Made by a program: the position numbers and the translations under genes. Under the pieces are notes generated by a model. That model worked only from the letters and a program-made list of their open reading frames with translations, ran no database searches and had not been told where the DNA came from. From Antedon mediterranea (Eukaryota; Animalia; Echinodermata), in assembly GCF_964355755.1 (NCBI RefSeq), contig NC_092676.1:24384871-24448870 (forward strand): DNA of 64,000 bases. The letters run 5' to 3'. Of this stretch, positions 26,849 to 57,363 are shown piece after piece (position 1 is the stretch's first letter; every line of letters starts with the position of its first letter).

Positions 26849-27005
26849 TACAGTAGGACCAGTATAACTCTTCCCTGGTAGGACCCGGACCTTTGGGACA
26901 CCCCTATTCAGGGGACACCGGTAAATTTGTGTTTTGACACACGGTCAACTCCTATCGGGGAGGCTTTGTTTGGTCCCGAAGGTGTTTCCTTAATAGAGGT
27001 TCTAT
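26849..27005. mobile_element. Degenerate Tc1/mariner-type MITE remnant
   Basis: TA|CAGTAGGACC start, GGGACACC motifs, TTAATAGAGGTTCTA end; similar pieces near 29440-29485 and 30850-30930. Confidence 0.4.
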
Positions 27006-28243
27006 TTATTACATTTTCAGTACTGTACAGTGTGTAGGTATACACTTAATTCTACACGTTTTGCGTAGAGCTAATAACACAGAATCGATATGTACGCTTA
27101 CGATGTGTCACCTTAGAATTCATGCATAATTCTAAGACCTGCGGAAGATTAATGCATGGCGTGCAGTTGTTGTAATGAAAGATAATGCAATCTGAAAGAC
27201 ATTCGTGAATATCATTATCATATGTAATGAATTACGAAATACAAAGAAAACATGACAATAACAAGAATGACAATACGAACATGAAGATAAAGGTATAATG
27301 ATAGTAAAACCATGGACATAAATAAATGGCTGAATAATCATTTACTTTATTTTTATATTTTACTGATATAAAATATTCGAAAACAAACAAAGGTTGAAAT
27401 GAATAGTTTACAATAATTCAGAACGCCATCATAAATGATAACGGTGATAATTCACAATGACGAAAATTATGCTTTTTATGATGTTAAAGTTTTTGTTGAA
27501 TATGCAATTTTAATGTCACATAGTAGTTATTCACTTTGACCAAAAACAAAAATTTACCTGAAAATCATTGTAATTTAACGAAAAAAAAAAGTCAAATTGA
27601 CTGTAAGTCCAAAATTGGTTTATGGTTGGATTTAACCGTTTATTTTATCTTTTGTATAGGCCTTAGAAGTGAAAACGTTATTATTTTTTTCTAAGGAAGT
27701 GATTAACTTGATTAAAACAACTAAATAACCTATCCAAAGTCTTCTTTTATAATCATCGTTTTGCATGCTTTTGGTGGACAATACATCTTTAATTTAGAAA
27801 TGCATTTTCTCTTTCTCAATCAGCTGGGGCTAAAAATGATACTACACGATTAACATTAACAACCCATGAGTTCAAACGACGGGTAATGATCATTTGGTGG
27901 ATTATTGTGGATTATCTGCTCATACCTCTTGGCTTATAATCAAATCCCAATAATAATATGTTTTGACTTGTCAACACACTGCTTACAAGTGTTTGTCCAG
28001 AAATGGGGCATGAGGGCGGTATAACATGTCCAGATAAGGGCTGAACATACAACATACAGGGAAATAGCAAAACGACTTGAATGAAACACAATGAAAACCT
28101 TCCATTTTTTTTTTCACTATCCGAGGATGACAAAAATCATAACTATATATGACACAAGATAATATAAATAGAGGGATTATGCCTCAAGGAAAAAAAAAAT
28201 TATGATTTATCATTAATTCTTTCAGTGGATATATATATATATA

Positions 28244-28416
28244 CTGATGAATGGCTAGTGTTGTCCGAAAGCTCTGCTAACTTTTCTGGCTGTTTTACTT
28301 ATCGTTTTGATTTAGCTTTTCGATTTTTTTTGTATCTCCATTGAGATCCAGCCACTGATACCCACAGCATTGTCATTTTTTCAGTAATTTGCCCTTGGAT
28401 TTATACATATATATAT
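28244..28416 (+). mobile_element. Penelope-like retroelement terminal fragment with hammerhead-like core, between (TA)n tracts
   Basis: (TA)n-CTGATGA-atggctagtgttgtc-CGAAAGCTC...GGATTTATAC-(AT)n. Confidence 0.55.
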
Positions 28417-29875
28417 CACTGGTATATTTTATTCAATTATTCAATTATATACATAAAAATGCATTAATAAAAATTAGCAGCAGGAAAAAAAAAACATCTT
28501 TCAGCTGAATTGCACCGTTTTACAATTAATGTCACATATCCTGTCAGCATTGCGGGTATAATATTTATGAATAGTATTAATTCTATATAGTGGAAGAAGT
28601 GGGAACAACTTAGAGTTAGGATTCAAAATGGATTTCGAAAATATACAAATATGCTGTGGATAGGCCTATAATCATAACAATGCATTAGCCTATACAGTAT
28701 TATATTTGGAGGTGGATCATTAAACTTCTCTATTATTATATACAGCAGAGAAAAGCAAATCATTGAGAACGAAGACTAAGTTAGGGTAATACTTCCATTG
28801 TGACCAAACCATATTATTTTAGCTGCAAACATCAGACTAGATGTGAGAAAGGTGTGAACACTAAATAAAATCAATTTATGTTTCCACTGAACCATCGAGG
28901 TCTGAAGTCTCTGATGGATGGAGGTGTCGACGAGAAGAGAAACTAGGAATATTAGATCGATAATAATAGCTTTCATGATGATATGATGTGAGTCATGTTC
29001 ACCAGAAGCACTAATTACATTAACATAATCCTGGGATAATCATTTCAACTTATTTACTTACTATCAACATCCGAGATATTAAACATAACAACAATTAAAA
29101 TATTGATTCTTCCTTCTAACAGAATAAAAAAAAAAAACATTTAATGAATACCGTAACTATTTTAAAATTAGTAATAATTGTTATTAAAGCGGTTATTTAT
29201 TTATATTTATTATGTCTTTATACTAAATGACACTTTCAGTGCTAAGCATTGATTTCTAAAGTGGCTCAGTAGAGAACATCAACAATATAATAACAAATAA
29301 TTTTAATACAACTAACAAAGTAATTTACCTTAGTACAATTTATCAATTCATTCATCCTCCATCAATACAAAATTCGTATTTCATATCATTATTTTATTTA
29401 CCTATCTTGCTATAGGCCCTATTGTTAAACATGTAGTTCTATCCCTTTTAAGTTGGACACCTACAGGTCCCAAGTGTCCCCGTAAAAAGAGATAAGTGAA
29501 AACATTTTTTTTTGCTTTTTTTTCTATGGAAGTGATTAAATTTATTAAAACTACAAAATAACCTATTAAATTAATCTTTATTTTTCATGCTTTTTGGGGA
29601 AAACTAGAAAAAAAACTTTTTCATTAATTGTGTGTTGCGTTGTTTCATCTGATTACTGTCTCAGGTTTCATCAAACTTCATATGCAATGCATGCAGAAGT
29701 ATCAGAAGGAAAAATTAACATAAAATTTCGTTTTAAATTATGAAGAAAAACCACACCTCAATCTGGGCATCTAATATTCAGCCAAGATACGTTTCGTTAT
29801 TCAGTGTGAATAGCAAATAAGAATTAAGAATTTCCATAGCAACGGAATGGCCCATTCATAGTGGAGGGTGTGTCG

Positions 29876-29884
29876 TATATAAAG
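29876..29884 (+). promoter_or_regulatory. TATA box of tubulin copy 7
   Basis: TATATAAAG about 33 bp upstream of the shared TCTTCATC motif and about 140 bp upstream of the ATG. Confidence 0.65.
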
Positions 29885-30017
29885 TAGGAGCAAGGCAACA
29901 GACGAATAAAATCTTCATCATCCAACCATTGAGAACGGATCCGTGAAGAAAAAAAACTCCAACTGAATCTAGGGTAAACCCCTCCCGAATTACCAGCAAC
30001 ACAAAAACCTAGCCAAA

Positions 30018-33790
<3,773 letters not shown>

Positions 33791-34064
33791 GGAAACTTTC
33801 TGAAAATTAGAACTGAACAATCTAAGACAGGGTGGTTCTATCATGGCGTTCGTATAATTAGAAAATGCTCCGCACAAGTCTTTCATTCTATTGACGGAAA
33901 GAGAACTTTGTTAACAGTAATATATGTTGAAATTTTGACTAAAACAAATTATTTATATGTGGTATAAAATTGTTTTCCAATTAAGTATTATCCTTCCAAT
34001 AAAGGCAAAGCTTGCAATTAAGAATATGTAAAACTGAGTGTTTGTTTTCTTTTTTTACTGTAAG

Positions 34065-34178
34065 GTGTGATGTGCCCAAATATGGTAGTTATGCCCAAAT
34101 ATGGTACTGATATGACATCAACGTGCCCTTATATGGACATTTTTTTGTCACATAAAGTTTGATAGTGTAGACAGAGCT
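34065..34178. mobile_element. MITE family A, truncated copy
   Basis: Internal GCCCAAATATGGTA units; right TIR AGTTTGATAGTGTAGACAGAGCT|TTA. Confidence 0.8.
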
Positions 34179-35260
34179 TTAAATGCACTTTCACCAACCA
34201 TGACGTCGACATGCTATTATAATATCGATGATGAAAACAAATGATAATGATCAAACAATGCAAATCGCGTGATATATTATGACATGTGAGGATTGTATGG
34301 CAAAGCATAAACTTAACATAATGTAGGTGCCATATTTTTAGTTTGACGATAACGAAAATATCAATGATGACAATGATTATAACAGGCCTGGATGAATGGT
34401 ATACCGGTAAAACAAGATGATGATGTGCCACACCTAAGAAGAAGAGCAGTAAAATTGGTCACCGAAGAGGGCGCCTGTGCAAAGATGATTGAGTTCTTCT
34501 TGGTTGGCCCTACTGTAGAATAAAACCATGTAAAAGAAATTATAATATTTACTAAGCATTTCCATAAAAGTAAACGTATGATTAAAATATGTTAATGAGT
34601 CCCTGATTCCGATTAGATGACTCAGAACAAATTTTAAATACAGTCTGTTGGCCTAATCCCGACATGGCAGACGATGACCTCAAATTCAATGATCAATAGC
34701 CTATTTACTATTTATTTTGTAATCATCAATATTATTATCATTTAAAAATAGTATTACTACGCCGCATTTTCTACCAAAATCTATTTTACACATTTGTCAT
34801 ACCATAAGGATTTTTAGACCTAACCCACCCAGTGTAATAATCAACAAAGAAAACAATAATTAAACTGAACAGTAGACCTGAATCTATTTTTGTTTGGATG
34901 GAGCAATGCCAAACATAGACTGAAACGTGTTGACTTAGGCCTAATTAAATATTGGATGCAAATGAGCAAATATCATCAGAAACAGATGTACCATACAAAA
35001 TACGCTGACTAGGCATAATTATGCTATGGGTGAAAAAAATAAAAATCAGAATTTTCGAATTTCCCTTTTTTTATCTTTGTAATTTAATCAACATAAATTG
35101 GCTTATGCTATGCTGGGCCAGACCATATGCTATCTAAAAAACTGAAAAGATGAGATCGTATATAGCCTACATAGCACGTTCTTCAAGTAGCGCCACACCT
35201 TACGGCAAAAAAAAAGACAAATTCAAATTTAAATTTCGCAACGGTAAATATTAATGAGGA

Positions 35261-35325
35261 ATTTCTATGGCAACGGTTTGCATATCGTCTTAATTCTCTT
35301 TGTGACGTCACGTGCACTATATAAA
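35261..35325 (+). promoter_or_regulatory. Core promoter of tubulin copy 8: X-box-like site, CRE and TATA
   Basis: ATTTCTATGGCAAC (35261-35274), TGACGTCA (35303-35310) overlapping CACGTG, TATATAAA (35318-35325), then Inr-like TCACTC about 30 bp downstream. Confidence 0.65.
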
Positions 35326-35454
35326 CCAACCCGAATCGCTTGAGCGAATCACTCTTCATCGCCTGTCTTTGAAAACGGAACGTTGAAGTATCTCACAGTC
35401 AGTAACACTCAATCTCATTTTTCATACTAACCAGTCCGACAACAACCTGAAAAT

Positions 35455-38195
<2,741 letters not shown>

Positions 38196-38871
38196 GCTAC
38201 TAATCTCTAAACGATCAGCAAACGCATAACAATCTGCTTTAATTATTAAACAATCACAACTATAATTTGTTTAGTTTTGTTCTAATAGATACAGTATTTA
38301 CATTCCTTCCAATCTCTGAAAATGATGATTATTCCATAAGTGCTTTCTCATTATCTTTCAAGAGTTCTCATCAGTAAATTGTTTTTATTATCTTCCATAA
38401 ATTCATCTTGAAGCTTCTTTTTGTTACCATAATTTATTTACGTTAATACAGTAGTATTAAATCACATTGTGATACAGTATAAATACTTGTGTCATGCTTT
38501 TGTTACTGTCTAAATGTATGGATCATGTGTGAAATGATTGAGGTACTAAAATACACTGCGGTGACGGTGGAATGTGTAGGAAGATGTGACACATCAGAAT
38601 GTGTAGAAAGACGAAGACAGATGATGTTTTGTCAATGAGCAATGCTAAACATTACTCAAAAATATTGTTTTAATTTTTATTTAAAATGTATATTGTACTG
38701 TACCATGAACTAAATATGTATTTAGTCCATGACTGTACTAGGAGTACATGAATCATACTGAATAGTTGGCTATGGTATTGGAATTAGTGTATAACATAGC
38801 CATTATATATATATTATGGCTCTGGTGTATAAATCTGTCTTGCGCCCTCTAGTAGTAGGACTGTTCACTAA

Positions 38872-39016
38872 AGCTCTGTCTACACTATCAAACTTTAAGT
38901 GACAAAGAATGTGATGTGCCCATATATGGACATGATGACGTCATATCACTTTGAGCATATCACCACCATATTTTAACACATCACAATTTTTTGTCACATA
39001 AAGTGTAGACTGAGCT
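38872..39016. mobile_element. MITE family A copy
   Basis: TAA|AGCTCTGTCTACACT...AGTGTAGACTGAGCT|TAA (TAA target-site duplication). Confidence 0.85.
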
Positions 39017-40398
39017 TAATGTTCTAGACAAAAATGGTTTCGGTACTGAATGCAGTTGAAAAAAAATTATTGGAATACATAATGCAACCGTCAATTGCAC
39101 TGGAAAACGGCAAGGTTTCATATTACGCGTCCGACATACAGTAAATATGCTATTTCTGTAATTTGTAAACATTATACATAAATACGACTAGATAAAAACA
39201 ATACAACCATGAAACCATTTGGCGTTTTTTAGGTAGGACACACAGAACATTTACATCTGATATGATAATGAACCATGCATTTCTATTTGCCGAGAAAAAA
39301 TGTTGAGCACGTATTTGTTGAAAGGTAGATAATAGATAAAACGCTTAATGAGATGTCAGGAAAAGGATGTGTGAAGTCTGATGAAATATAAAACGCAGGT
39401 TGTTATTTCCTTCGTGGCCAACCACAACAGAATTATTCTATCTAACGTTAATGATTTAATTTATTATCAAAATGTATGGATGCCGGTAAAATATATTTAA
39501 ATATTGCTGAATAAAAAGGGGGTACTCGACCACTCGCTACATACCATCCGATTAGTAATTTTCTTTCAAAATATGAGGCGCACCGACTTATGAGTATATA
39601 CCAAAGGATCAGAAGAAGAGTGAGTCTCATCTTATAATGTCATATATTAACATCATTTGCATTTTCTACCCTTAACCTAACCACATGTGATATAAATGAG
39701 ATGCTGTATTACCAAATATTCCTATGATACTTCGGAAATATAGTGTGTGGAGATACAGTACTGGGAATTGATTGTACACAACTAGTGGATAAGGTTAATG
39801 CACTGAATAAATAAACCATTAACTCATTTCACTATAAATAACTCTATTCTTCGTAATTAAGAAAAATTCGAGATGTACCGTATTAGGCCTCTCATCTTAG
39901 GATGATTAAGGTCTTTGAACACTGCGATTGCCTATAGATTCGAAATGCCTCGAAATGTTAATGTTTTATCATTAATTACGGTAATGCTACTGTGTAGCAT
40001 CCCCTTCGGTATACAATGTCAAGATTACAGTGGTTTATTAATTTACAGCAGAAACTCATATAATTAAACCCCTTTGATCAGGACCAATTCATTCAATTTA
40101 CAAAGTGAATTTGCCGAAGTTATACTAATTGTATAAACAATGAGGTGTGTAATCTTTACTGATGTAAATATTGGATTAGATTCTATGCATCGGACTAAAA
40201 ATATAGATATTTCTGTAAAAAAAAATATAATGTTGAATGTTAGACTAAAATTAATCAGGGGATTTTAACTTTACCTCAATCGCTTACCATCGCTACTTTA
40301 TAGTTTAAATAATCGATATTCTTTAACGTAACATTATCCAACATCATCAATGATTCACCATGAGGATGAAGAAGGTATAAATCTTCAACATATAGTTA

Positions 40399-40537
40399 AG
40401 CTATGTCTACACTATCAAATGTGGATGTGCCCATATATGGACATGATGATGGCATATCACTACCATATTTGGGCATATCACTACCATATTTGGGCACACT
40501 TTTTTTGTCAAACTAGTTTGATAGTGTAGACAGAGCC
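40399..40537. mobile_element. MITE family A copy
   Basis: AGCTATGTCTACACTATCAAA...TTTGATAGTGTAGACAGAGC with 21-bp internal units. Confidence 0.85.
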
Positions 40538-41003
40538 GTTTAGGTTAAATTAATGATGGGCCTCAATGGGAGCTCCAACCCAAACTTGATTCACAAGCAG
40601 CCCAATTATTTTTAAACATTATGCAGCCCGATGAATCAGTCGACGTCGAAAAGCTTCACTTTTTATTTCATGTCATTGGGTGAATTATATTGCCGAGTTT
40701 TGAAACGATGGACCTCAGCTATTTGCGTTAATTTCGACGTGTTATGGTCTATAGCTGAAATACACACAATATCATGATGTTCCAGCTGTTGCTTTTTATG
40801 TTTTCGAAAAAACCTGTTTTAATCGATTTTAATCTTTTAAATCGTAATTTCGTCGAAGCGAAGAGGAATTTATTTATTTAAAATCATTTCAAATCATCGA
40901 TCGCCTGACATTCTATTTTAATTCAGCCAATCGTACGTAAGTTTATTAATCTTATGAATATTAATGTCAGATGTAGCCAATTGGAAAGGCCCGTGAATGT
41001 AGC

Positions 41004-41011
41004 TATATAAA
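41004..41011 (+). promoter_or_regulatory. TATA box of tubulin copy 9 (two AGCCAAT boxes upstream)
   Basis: TATATAAA about 30 bp before ATTCGTCATCT; AGCCAAT near 40925 and 40975. Confidence 0.65.
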
Positions 41012-41165
41012 ATGCTGAAGCCCGCTCCTCCTAGTTATTCGTCATCTCAACCCTAGCATTAACTAGGCTCCGGGAACGAGGACTGTCTCATCATCTAGGC
41101 TTAAAAACTAGAAGATAAAGCATCAATTTCAGTTTTCCATCAAGCTATAAAACACATCTTACATC

Positions 41166-45079
<3,914 letters not shown>

Positions 45080-45445
45080 CACTGCAATATACACACAAAC
45101 ATTATAGAAACTACGTTAAACAAATCTTTAATTCAGGTTTTAATAATTATATGATCTTCCATGTTTTTGTTTAATATTCACTACCAATTTGTTTCTGTTT
45201 CAAGAGTCACAATAAATCATTAGCATTCAAATGAAACTGTATTAATTGTGTTTTATGTGTTCTAAGAATGAGACTGACTGATTTAGTGTGATTTTATTAC
45301 GTAGTAATAATATTAATAAGTGGGCCTATATCGATCACAACGATAGGATAGATAATCGATCAAAGGCCAAACATTTTGGACGTATTAATTGATAGGTGAC
45401 GATGAAGTGTTGGTTGATATATGGCAATCTAACAACAGCTCAGGA

Positions 45446-45565
45446 GATCAAAGGGTTTATCTGTGGCTGCGACACCGTACAGTTCCATCCCGTAACAGAA
45501 CAGAAGCCGTGGAGAATGTACATAGTACAGTACTGTTGGTATTGTTGCAGTCAGACATAAGATCT
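45446..45565. repeat. Small inverted-repeat element, also at about 51611-51740
   Basis: Both loci share GATCAAAGGG...CTGTGGCTGCGA...TACAGTACTGTTG...GCAG(T/C)CAGACATAAGATC. Confidence 0.6.
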
Positions 45566-46168
45566 ATCTTTAGATTTCCTTGGTTGATCGTAAGCCATAT
45601 TTTGATTTTAACTGTGTCAGTCTGAAATAGGCCTACATTATGTGTATACATATGCGCCTAATTAATAATACTGATTATTAATCATGTTAACAATAGCAAC
45701 ATAATAATTGATTTTTAGATTAAATTAAATTATGGGAGGGCAGATGGAAAACATATGCTACGGGTTCTAAATTTGCATGACACGTGTTGCACTATACAAA
45801 CGACGTGGATACTGATAATGACGTTGGAAAATCACACGAATACATTCTATTCAATGCACTACAGCGCAGCAATAGTTTCCCGCACAAATCCAAACCAGGT
45901 ATAGGCCTACGTTGGTGGTTTTGCACCCCAGTCAACTCTAAAATGCCGCTTCCCTCATGACAATGTATAATAGGCCTATATCTAATTATATTATGAGGAA
46001 TTTTATAAATTAATTTCACCTTCATTCTAACTAATCATGTAAAATCGGATAACTATTCGATTGTTGTATTTGACCAATCAAAACGCATAAACAAATGCGT
46101 GGTAGATCCTGTCTATTGAATATTGAACTAGAGCGACCATGAACATGGCTTGTTTAATACTTCCTTGC

Positions 46169-46176
46169 TATATAAA
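46169..46176 (+). promoter_or_regulatory. TATA box of tubulin copy 10
   Basis: TATATAAA about 30 bp before TTCATTCGTCATCT. Confidence 0.65.
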
Positions 46177-46328
46177 GCCTATGGCTGGCTCTGTGAGTTC
46201 ATTCGTCATCTTAATTCCTGGCATTAAAAAGGAATCGAGACCGAAAAGTTCTTTCCGTCAGTTCGAAAAGAAGTCATAACATTTCTCAACGAATTCGTTA
46301 GTTTGTGTAGAGAAAACGACATTTTACC

Positions 46329-48650
<2,322 letters not shown>

Positions 48651-49234
48651 TTGTCTACCTCTAACCCTATTATCCACCATTGACAGGCCTATGACAGACA
48701 TACGAAGATAGTACTTAAATATAATTGTAATTTGATAATTTTGAATACAGATTTTTATTACTATTTGTAGACTAACAGTACACTCAATAAATACATTTAT
48801 TATGTAAAACATTCAAAGTTTACCTGTTGTTTTTTTAATAACATCAAAATAAAGTGTGAAAATATCCTATAGCCTACTCTATAATATCAGAATATCGTTG
48901 GGGTTATCACCTCTGATTAGTCAGAGGGTATGTGACGTGCATAGGCCTAGACCAGAGTGGATCTTATAATCAGTTTTGAATATAAACAAAACGTGTGACG
49001 ATTAACGAAAAATGAAAGACGATGACGAGACAATGAGTAAAATAAATGTGTTCACACAAGAAATAATTAATACTGTAACCAATGATTTGCTGTAACGTTG
49101 GCCTACAGCAACTCGTACAGTACACTGTATGTAAAATAACACGTGCTTTGGGGGTGTGTTCGCTTCGGTCCAATCACAAACACAATACACGATTTGACCT
49201 CAAGTGACACAGCTGCAAAAGTCGATAAAACAAC

Positions 49235-54256
<5,022 letters not shown>

Positions 54257-54274
54257 ATACAACATTATCTCAAT

Positions 54275-54364
54275 AAACTGTCTATCATAAATTTTATGTG
54301 ACAAAAATTGTGATGCACCTATATATGGACATGTCATATTACTACCATATTTGTAGACAGAGCT
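54275..54364. mobile_element. MITE family A, deleted copy just 3' of the ACAT2 stop
   Basis: TTTATGTGACAAAAATTGTGATG...ACTACCATATTTG-TAGACAGAGCT. Confidence 0.7.
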
Positions 54365-54992
54365 TAGGTCTTCCAATAATTTAAATATATCAGAGTGTCT
54401 ACCAATATGTTTGATATGGTAAAACAAACATCATGGCTTTTGAAGTTTCATCTGAACGAACTGAGTTCATTAATAGAATTTGATCTTGGAATTATGTAAT
54501 AAATTGCTCATATTGAGTAAATCTTTTTTCTCTTTCGTATGTTTAATTTTAACACAGCATTATATTTTATCTACATGAGTCTAAGTACCAATCAATGTGA
54601 ATTTGGTTTGTTTGTTGAGTGAGTCAGTGGTACATAAGACTCAATAATATGTCTACATATCTGTTGAAGATAAAACAACAAAGTTAACAGTTGATCTATC
54701 AAATTCATTTGTAAATAAAAGCTATAAAACCAAAACATATTTTAATAAAAACATTTTTATTAATAATTAAAAATCATGAAGCACAATACACACATCAAAA
54801 AATGATAGTTAAAGGATTCGGACAAAAGTAGTATCCAAAACAAAAAATGTTTCAATGACATGACACAATTTGAAAAATTTAACAGAAATATGTGGAATAA
54901 ATTACAGTTAGTGATTTCATCTTTCAATGTACAGTACTAAACTATGAGACACAAATACTGTTTGCAAAGGATCGGATAAACTTTTTAATGGG

Positions 54993-56011
54993 CTATCGTC
55001 CCCACTGCTCACGTCTAGGTGGTCCTCCTCCCATACCGCCACCCCCACCTCCAATTCCACCACCACCTCTTGGAGGTGTGCTCACTGCTATATCTATGTA
55101 ATCTCCAATTATAAAGTTCTTTTGCGCAAGAGTGAAATTATCATCTGGTCCTTTTCGTCCTGAGCAGGTGACGCCGATCTCTCGCAGGCGATAGACTGGA
55201 CGCCGTGTATCCGGAGAAACTATTGCAAAATCAAAGTATGTTCCTCTTTTACGTGCCTCTGGATTTACTTCTTTCACCAGGCTGGATAGTTCTTTTAAGG
55301 TTGCATCCATCCTGAAAAGAAAATTTAAATATTGGTTAATATTTTTAGGTTATCAATTACTAATATAAGATATAACTGCAATATAATGACAATGTAACAT
55401 GTGAACCACTATTATATTAATCCAGTCGTACTCACCATGTATAAATTTGAAGTTCATTCGATGGCACTAAACCTCTGCTGAAATCGTCTACACGATGATG
55501 TCGACCATTGTTGCAGAAGACACGTAGTAACAAAGGACAACACTATAAAAAAAGGAAAGGCTTACTTGCATTACTTAGGCTAGTCTTTTATTCAAAATTT
55601 ATTTCTTGAAAAGAAATTAACTAAACTAATTTAATAATACTAATTCTAGCCTAGCCTACCCTTCTTCGGCATAATAGACAAAATGCATTACTGTTTACAT
55701 GGTTACTTAATCGGTAAACCCGCCAAATAATTCTAGGCCTAATTATAATTGGCTTATACTTAGGCTCAGCAGTGGATAGCATTAATACGATGGGGAAAAA
55801 AGCCATGTTCACGCCGGCCGGCGGGTGCAGCAGGTGGCCATGACACAACGACGAAGCTAGGCCTAGATTTACAGCATATTTTCTCATAAATCATATATCA
55901 ATGAAATTACACCGTTTTATAAATGAAATAGTGAACTACCTTTTCACGATCAACTGGCTTATCAGCAGGTCTTTCAACTTCTGTTACACGGGATTCTACA
56001 ACGCTAGACAT
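54993..56011 (-). CDS. SAP18: Histone deacetylase complex subunit SAP18, 165 aa; exons 56011-55940, 55542-55436, 55311-54993
   Basis: Spliced product MSSVVESRVTEVERPADKPVDREK-CCPLLLRVF...ELQIYTWMDATLKELSSLVKEVNPEARKRGT; exon phases consistent; Gly-rich tail. Confidence 0.95.
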
Positions 56012-57066
56012 TTTTTAAAAGAAACAACGCGTTCACGCAGCATCTAAGGGTAGCGCCCTCTTTAGTCGACAATTTTTGTTAATGCAGGAAAATTAAAACA
56101 AACGGCAGCAAAATTATACAGTAGACACAAACACAATACGTTATTTTATCATTTCAATAAATTCTTAAACTTAATTTTGAAACAGATGATTGATAAAAAC
56201 AAGGGCTGTTTGACAATAATACTATAAGCATATCAATAAAATAAACTTAATTTAAGTACTAAATTCTTTTTCATTGTAAACATAAAATAATTTCTATCCC
56301 TTTTGGAATATTGTCATTATTAAAGTAATCCTCCATCCTGGGTATGCACTAATTATTATATTACACACTTTAAACAATAAATCAAATCAGGTTTTAAAAA
56401 TTCAGAACTAAACTTAATCCAAAGTGTCATTATTACCCAGTATACATGGTCTCAATACTGTAGTGTGAGAACACCTCTTTAAAATTATCAAGAATTGATC
56501 AGCAATACTATTACAGTATATAAATAGTTTTAGAAACTGATTGTAATTACAAATAATATAAATTAAATCAAGGAATAAAATATTAATATGTGCAGAGTAC
56601 ATGGAATTGCCAAGAGTGTGTTTTCAAATAAGTTACAATATGATTTGTTCTTATATTATTTTTATCAATGTATTAAATATATGAACTATAATACATTTTA
56701 AATACTAAATTTATACATGGTTTTCTTCTGGTTATTGGTTCCCAATCCAACCAAGAGTGGTAGCTTGGTGGTTTAAGGGTCAAGGTTCAAATCTTTTCTG
56801 ATGTCATATCTTTTTTCTCAACAAAACTTTAGAAGACTATGTTTGTCCTTATTCCTCCTCAGTCACAGGCAGAAATCATGAATAATGCATACGAATAATT
56901 ATTGCATAATGTTAAAGATAGCTGACCTACTTCTTAAATAGTTGACCTACTAACCATCTAAATAATCTCCATACAAGTTGACTTGCCAAAAACCGTTGAT
57001 ACAAACTATTCAATCTATGTCCATGCTTATATAGCGCACTCTACAATTTCCTAATTTTTCTCATAA

Positions 57067-57097
<31 letters not shown>

Positions 57098-57363
57098 TCT
57101 AATGAATTATTCATCATTTCTGCCTGAGATCTCGAGTAATAGAAATTTGAAGTCCTGGCCACCACCAGACAGTGATTAAATTCACAAATAGAAGAAATTA
57201 TGGCTATCATGAAATATAGCTGTTAAAAATGTTTATATATATACATTTTAAGTAATGTTTTAATAATATATGATTTTAAAAAAGGATGTTTGATTGTGGT
57301 GGGTCCTTTACAGGTGTTTGAGGTACATTGATTCAAGGTGTCTGGAATGTTCACAAAGTATTT

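Noticed and set aside
40627-40660. Second hammerhead-like string CCGATGA...CGAAAAGCTT
   Set aside because: First box deviates from CUGANGA and no consistent stems I-III could be formed.
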